A stretch of 64,000 nucleotides of DNA, from assembly GCA_965204375.1 (NCBI GenBank), contig OZ241986.1:832001-896000 (forward strand), given 5' to 3'. The notes under the pieces are model-generated. The model made no database searches. It saw only the letters and a list, made by a program, of their open reading frames with translations, and was not told the DNA's origin. The first letter of the stretch is position 1; each line of letters opens with the position of its first letter. A program made the position numbers and the translations under genes. Below, one piece after another: positions 61,255 to 64,000 of the stretch. Source of the DNA: Candidatus Latescibacterota bacterium (GTDB taxonomy: Bacteria > Latescibacterota > UBA2968).

Positions 61255-61974
61255 TTACGCATCCCACCGCCATGTATTGCGACAGGCAAGCCGTGGATAA
61301 TCATTCACGTTCTTGCTTCCCGCGTGTACAAAAAAGTTCTGGTAAAACAGAATGTCTCCACGCTTCGCCACGACTTCCACACCTTCGCCAATATCCACCA
61401 GATGCATATCCGAATTCACGTCCCACAGATAGGGATACTTCTCTGGATTGCGCTCTGCAAGACCCCGCATCTTGTTATGTGAACCCGGCCATCCAAACGT
61501 GCAACCCCCATGCGATTCTGTATCACTCAAATACAAAATTGAATGCACACTGATTGGAATCGGAAACGTCACATTAAACTTCTCCCGGTTGGTTCCGCCA
61601 TCGAAGTGAGGGTTCTGGTGGCTCCATTCACCTTCCGTCGGAAACGTGTTCTGCGTCAGAATATCCTTCGGCGCGTAGATCTCCTCGCGCCCCACACCCG
61701 TCAATTCAGAAAGTGCGGTCAAAATATCATCCGTATAACACGCTAAGATATCCGGTGCGCCCAATCTTCGATTTTCCGGCAATGCGCGATGCCGTTGACT
61801 AATCGCATGCGCTGACACACGGTTCCAGGTTTTGGGATCGTCACGGTCCATTTCTAAAGCCGCCCACATCGCGTCTTCACCCTTGCAAGCTACATCCTCA
61901 GGAATCAAACCCGACGCCAGCAAATACCCTTCTTCGCGAAACTGCTTCTTCTGCTCATCTGTTATTAAGCCCAT
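61255..61974 (-). CDS. PhyH-family dioxygenase
   Basis: FREEGYL, PHFD, WPGSH, FVHAGSKN..PR. Confidence 0.88.
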   Translation of the reverse strand: MGLITDEQKKQFREEGYLLASGLIPEDVACKGEDAMWAALEMDRDDPKTWNRVSAHAISQRHRALPENRRLGAPDILACYTDDILTALSELTGVGREEIYAPKDILTQNTFPTEGEWSHQNPHFDGGTNREKFNVTFPIPISVHSILYLSDTESHGGCTFGWPGSHNKMRGLAERNPEKYPYLWDVNSDMHLVDIGEGVEVVAKRGDILFYQNFFVHAGSKNVNDYPRLACRNTWRWDA

Positions 61975-62022
61975 AGATCACTCCCAGAAATTAAGACCAA
62001 CTAATTTTCTGTCCATACGAGA

Positions 62023-62046
62023 TCAGTTGATCTCTCGGATTTTCAT
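62023..62046 (-). pseudogene. 5' stub MKIREIN* with own RBS (enolase-superfamily-like start)
   Basis: AAGGA RBS directly after upstream stop, ATG, 7 codons, TGA. Confidence 0.45.
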
Positions 62047-62057
62047 GGCGTATCCTT

Positions 62058-62729
62058 CTACGCTATCAGCCAGGTAATTGCGTTGTCAATAAGCTTCGCA
62101 GTCATTGGATGCATAAGAATAGCCTGCTCGTGTCCGGGCACCAGTACCATCACACGTCCACTTCCATACTCGTGACACCAACCTTGCACCTGCCGTCCAT
62201 TGGTCGCAGAATAGCTCTCGAGAAATACAGATGTTTGCGATTCATCCAGGTCCATAATGTACTCTTCTTCTTGAACACAATAGGGTTCAACACCATCGGT
62301 CAGTTCGGGCAATACGCCCGTTGGACGGATTTCGACATTGATCCGCTTTGGGTGGTTGTGAAAACGAGACTTTGAGACGCGCTGAATACCGCCACCTTCG
62401 GAATAAAACGCAACGGCATCGTGGTGGAGAAATAGTCGGCCGCCATTTTGTGCATATACCTCAATGAGCGTTTCCTCATCTTCAGAGAGCCACTTGTGTT
62501 TATTTCCTTTCTGAAGATTAAACTGAAACTCACGGGCAATCCGTACATCGTCAAATGCGTATCTGCTGATGAGCACCATATCAAAAGATGAGAGATCGTC
62601 CCAGGGCACCGCATTGTCAAATACAACTGTCGGATTATACCCTCGCATCTGTAGTGGTCTCACAAGCGCAGTAACCAGATGCGCCGGGCAGTGGTAAGCG
62701 TCTCCGAGAACTGCGAGTAATTTTTTCAC
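62058..62729 (-). CDS. ThuA-like (class I glutamine amidotransferase-like) protein
   Basis: GDAYH, GGRLFLHH, EEEY, YGSGRVMVLVPGH. Confidence 0.8.
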   Translation of the reverse strand: MKKLLAVLGDAYHCPAHLVTALVRPLQMRGYNPTVVFDNAVPWDDLSSFDMVLISRYAFDDVRIAREFQFNLQKGNKHKWLSEDEETLIEVYAQNGGRLFLHHDAVAFYSEGGGIQRVSKSRFHNHPKRINVEIRPTGVLPELTDGVEPYCVQEEEYIMDLDESQTSVFLESYSATNGRQVQGWCHEYGSGRVMVLVPGHEQAILMHPMTAKLIDNAITWLIA

Positions 62730-62804
62730 AACCTATTCCTTTCAAGTCAATATATCCGGTGGTAACATCACGGCGATTAGGACGGGCACCGCATAACTCA
62801 AGCC

Positions 62805-63965
62805 CTACTCATAGACCATCTCCCCGGTCTTGTGGTCTTCGATCCAGTCCCGGTCGAACGCCACCCCCAGCCCTGGCCCCTCCGGCACTTCGACGCAGCC
62901 GTTCTCGTCAACCGAATCCAACTCGTCGAGCCAGCGTCTTTCTGCGTAAACCGCCGGCTTGGTATCGGGCACCAGGGGATGCACCAGGCCCAATTCGTAG
63001 TAATTGGCGTTGCGCAGGGTCGCCATGATGTGGCGGTGCGCCAGATTGCCGCCGTGCAACTCCACTTCCAGCCCGTGTGCCTCGGCCATAGCAGCGATCT
63101 TCATTACCCCGGTGATGCCGCCATCGGTCTGGGCGTTGGCGCGCACGAAGTCGGTGGCACCGGCGGTAATCGTATCGGCCTTGGCCTCCAGCCCGCGCAC
63201 GTGTTCGCCCATCAGCATCGGCGTATTGATCAACTCGCGCAACTTGGCGTGGGCAAAGCGCGAAAATCCGCCGCCCCTGAATGGATCCTCATACCACATA
63301 TAGCGCGCCTCGTCACAGGCGCGACCCACCTTGAGCACATCCTCGAATGTGGGAAAACACCCGGCCGGATCGAGCAACAGATCCATATCGGCGCCCACCG
63401 CTTCGCGAATGGCTAATACCGCCGCTACCTCGCGGTCGATCGGCCCGTTGATCCAACCGTGGATTTTAAACGCTGGATAGCTGTATTGCTCCTTGCAGCG
63501 CAGCGCGAATTGTGCAAAGTCGTCCGGCGTCGTCAAACCGCCGTTTTCGTCGCCGTGGTAGGTCGAGGCATAAGCCGGCAACTTCTTGCGCCAACCCCCG
63601 CCCAAAAGCTCGTAGATCGGCGCGTCGTAGAGTTTGCCAGCGAAATCCCACAGCGCGATATCTACTGCGCCCGGCGGTGTGCCGTCCTGACCGCGGTGCG
63701 AGCGCTTGAGGTCGTGCCAGATGATCTCGCGGTCCAGTGGGTTGCGGCCGAGCAAGTACTGCGCAGGGCGGGAATCAATGCCACCGGACGCAATGCCGCT
63801 GATGCCGACACTGGTCTCGATGGTCAGCAAGCCGCCGCCCAGAGTCAGACGGCCGCCCTTGCGATAGACCGTGTCGAAGCCCAATTGCTCCTCCAACTCC
63901 ATATCGGCGATCTCATAGGCGAAACTCGTCGAGGTAATGCGGGTGATCTCAATATCTCGCGCCAT
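62805..63965 (-). CDS. Mandelate racemase family enolase
   Basis: DIALWDFAGK, AYAST, FKIH, WYEDP, MGEH, GPGLGV. Confidence 0.92.
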   Translation of the reverse strand: MARDIEITRITSTSFAYEIADMELEEQLGFDTVYRKGGRLTLGGGLLTIETSVGISGIASGGIDSRPAQYLLGRNPLDREIIWHDLKRSHRGQDGTPPGAVDIALWDFAGKLYDAPIYELLGGGWRKKLPAYASTYHGDENGGLTTPDDFAQFALRCKEQYSYPAFKIHGWINGPIDREVAAVLAIREAVGADMDLLLDPAGCFPTFEDVLKVGRACDEARYMWYEDPFRGGGFSRFAHAKLRELINTPMLMGEHVRGLEAKADTITAGATDFVRANAQTDGGITGVMKIAAMAEAHGLEVELHGGNLAHRHIMATLRNANYYELGLVHPLVPDTKPAVYAERRWLDELDSVDENGCVEVPEGPGLGVAFDRDWIEDHKTGEMVYE

Positions 63966-64000
63966 GGTGTTCTCTCCTTCGCTGTGTATTTGGATTTAAC

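Overview
Bacterial, gene-dense 64-kb window, apparently from a heterotroph with expanded catabolic families. It holds 5 formylglycine-type sulfatases, 8 PhyH-type Fe(II)/2-oxoglutarate dioxygenases, 3 enolase-superfamily enzymes, GH29/GH5/agarase-like glycosidases, Gfo/Idh/MocA and TIM-barrel sugar enzymes, an aryl-sulfotransferase, 2 orphan MacB/FtsX permeases and katG. This repertoire plus a DFLAFAxxFG dockerin-like module suggests Latescibacterota/Poribacteria-like organisms (inference only). A defence island at about 21.4-33.6 kb holds an intact type III restriction-modification pair among remnants of several other defence/TA genes. An AT-rich islet at about 45.8-48.7 kb carries a RelE/HTH pair and an IS3 fragment. 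No tRNA, rRNA, CRISPR array or integrase was seen. The most unusual signals are: (i) a 137-bp promoter/leader element present once intact and once split by a whole CNNM gene, with a 6-bp direct repeat at the -10 box; (ii) pervasive short stubs of former neighbour genes at gene junctions, one fused into a chimeric ORF; (iii) two candidate promoter-to-terminator small RNAs inside the defence/TA islands. All family calls come from motif recognition by eye, not database searches.
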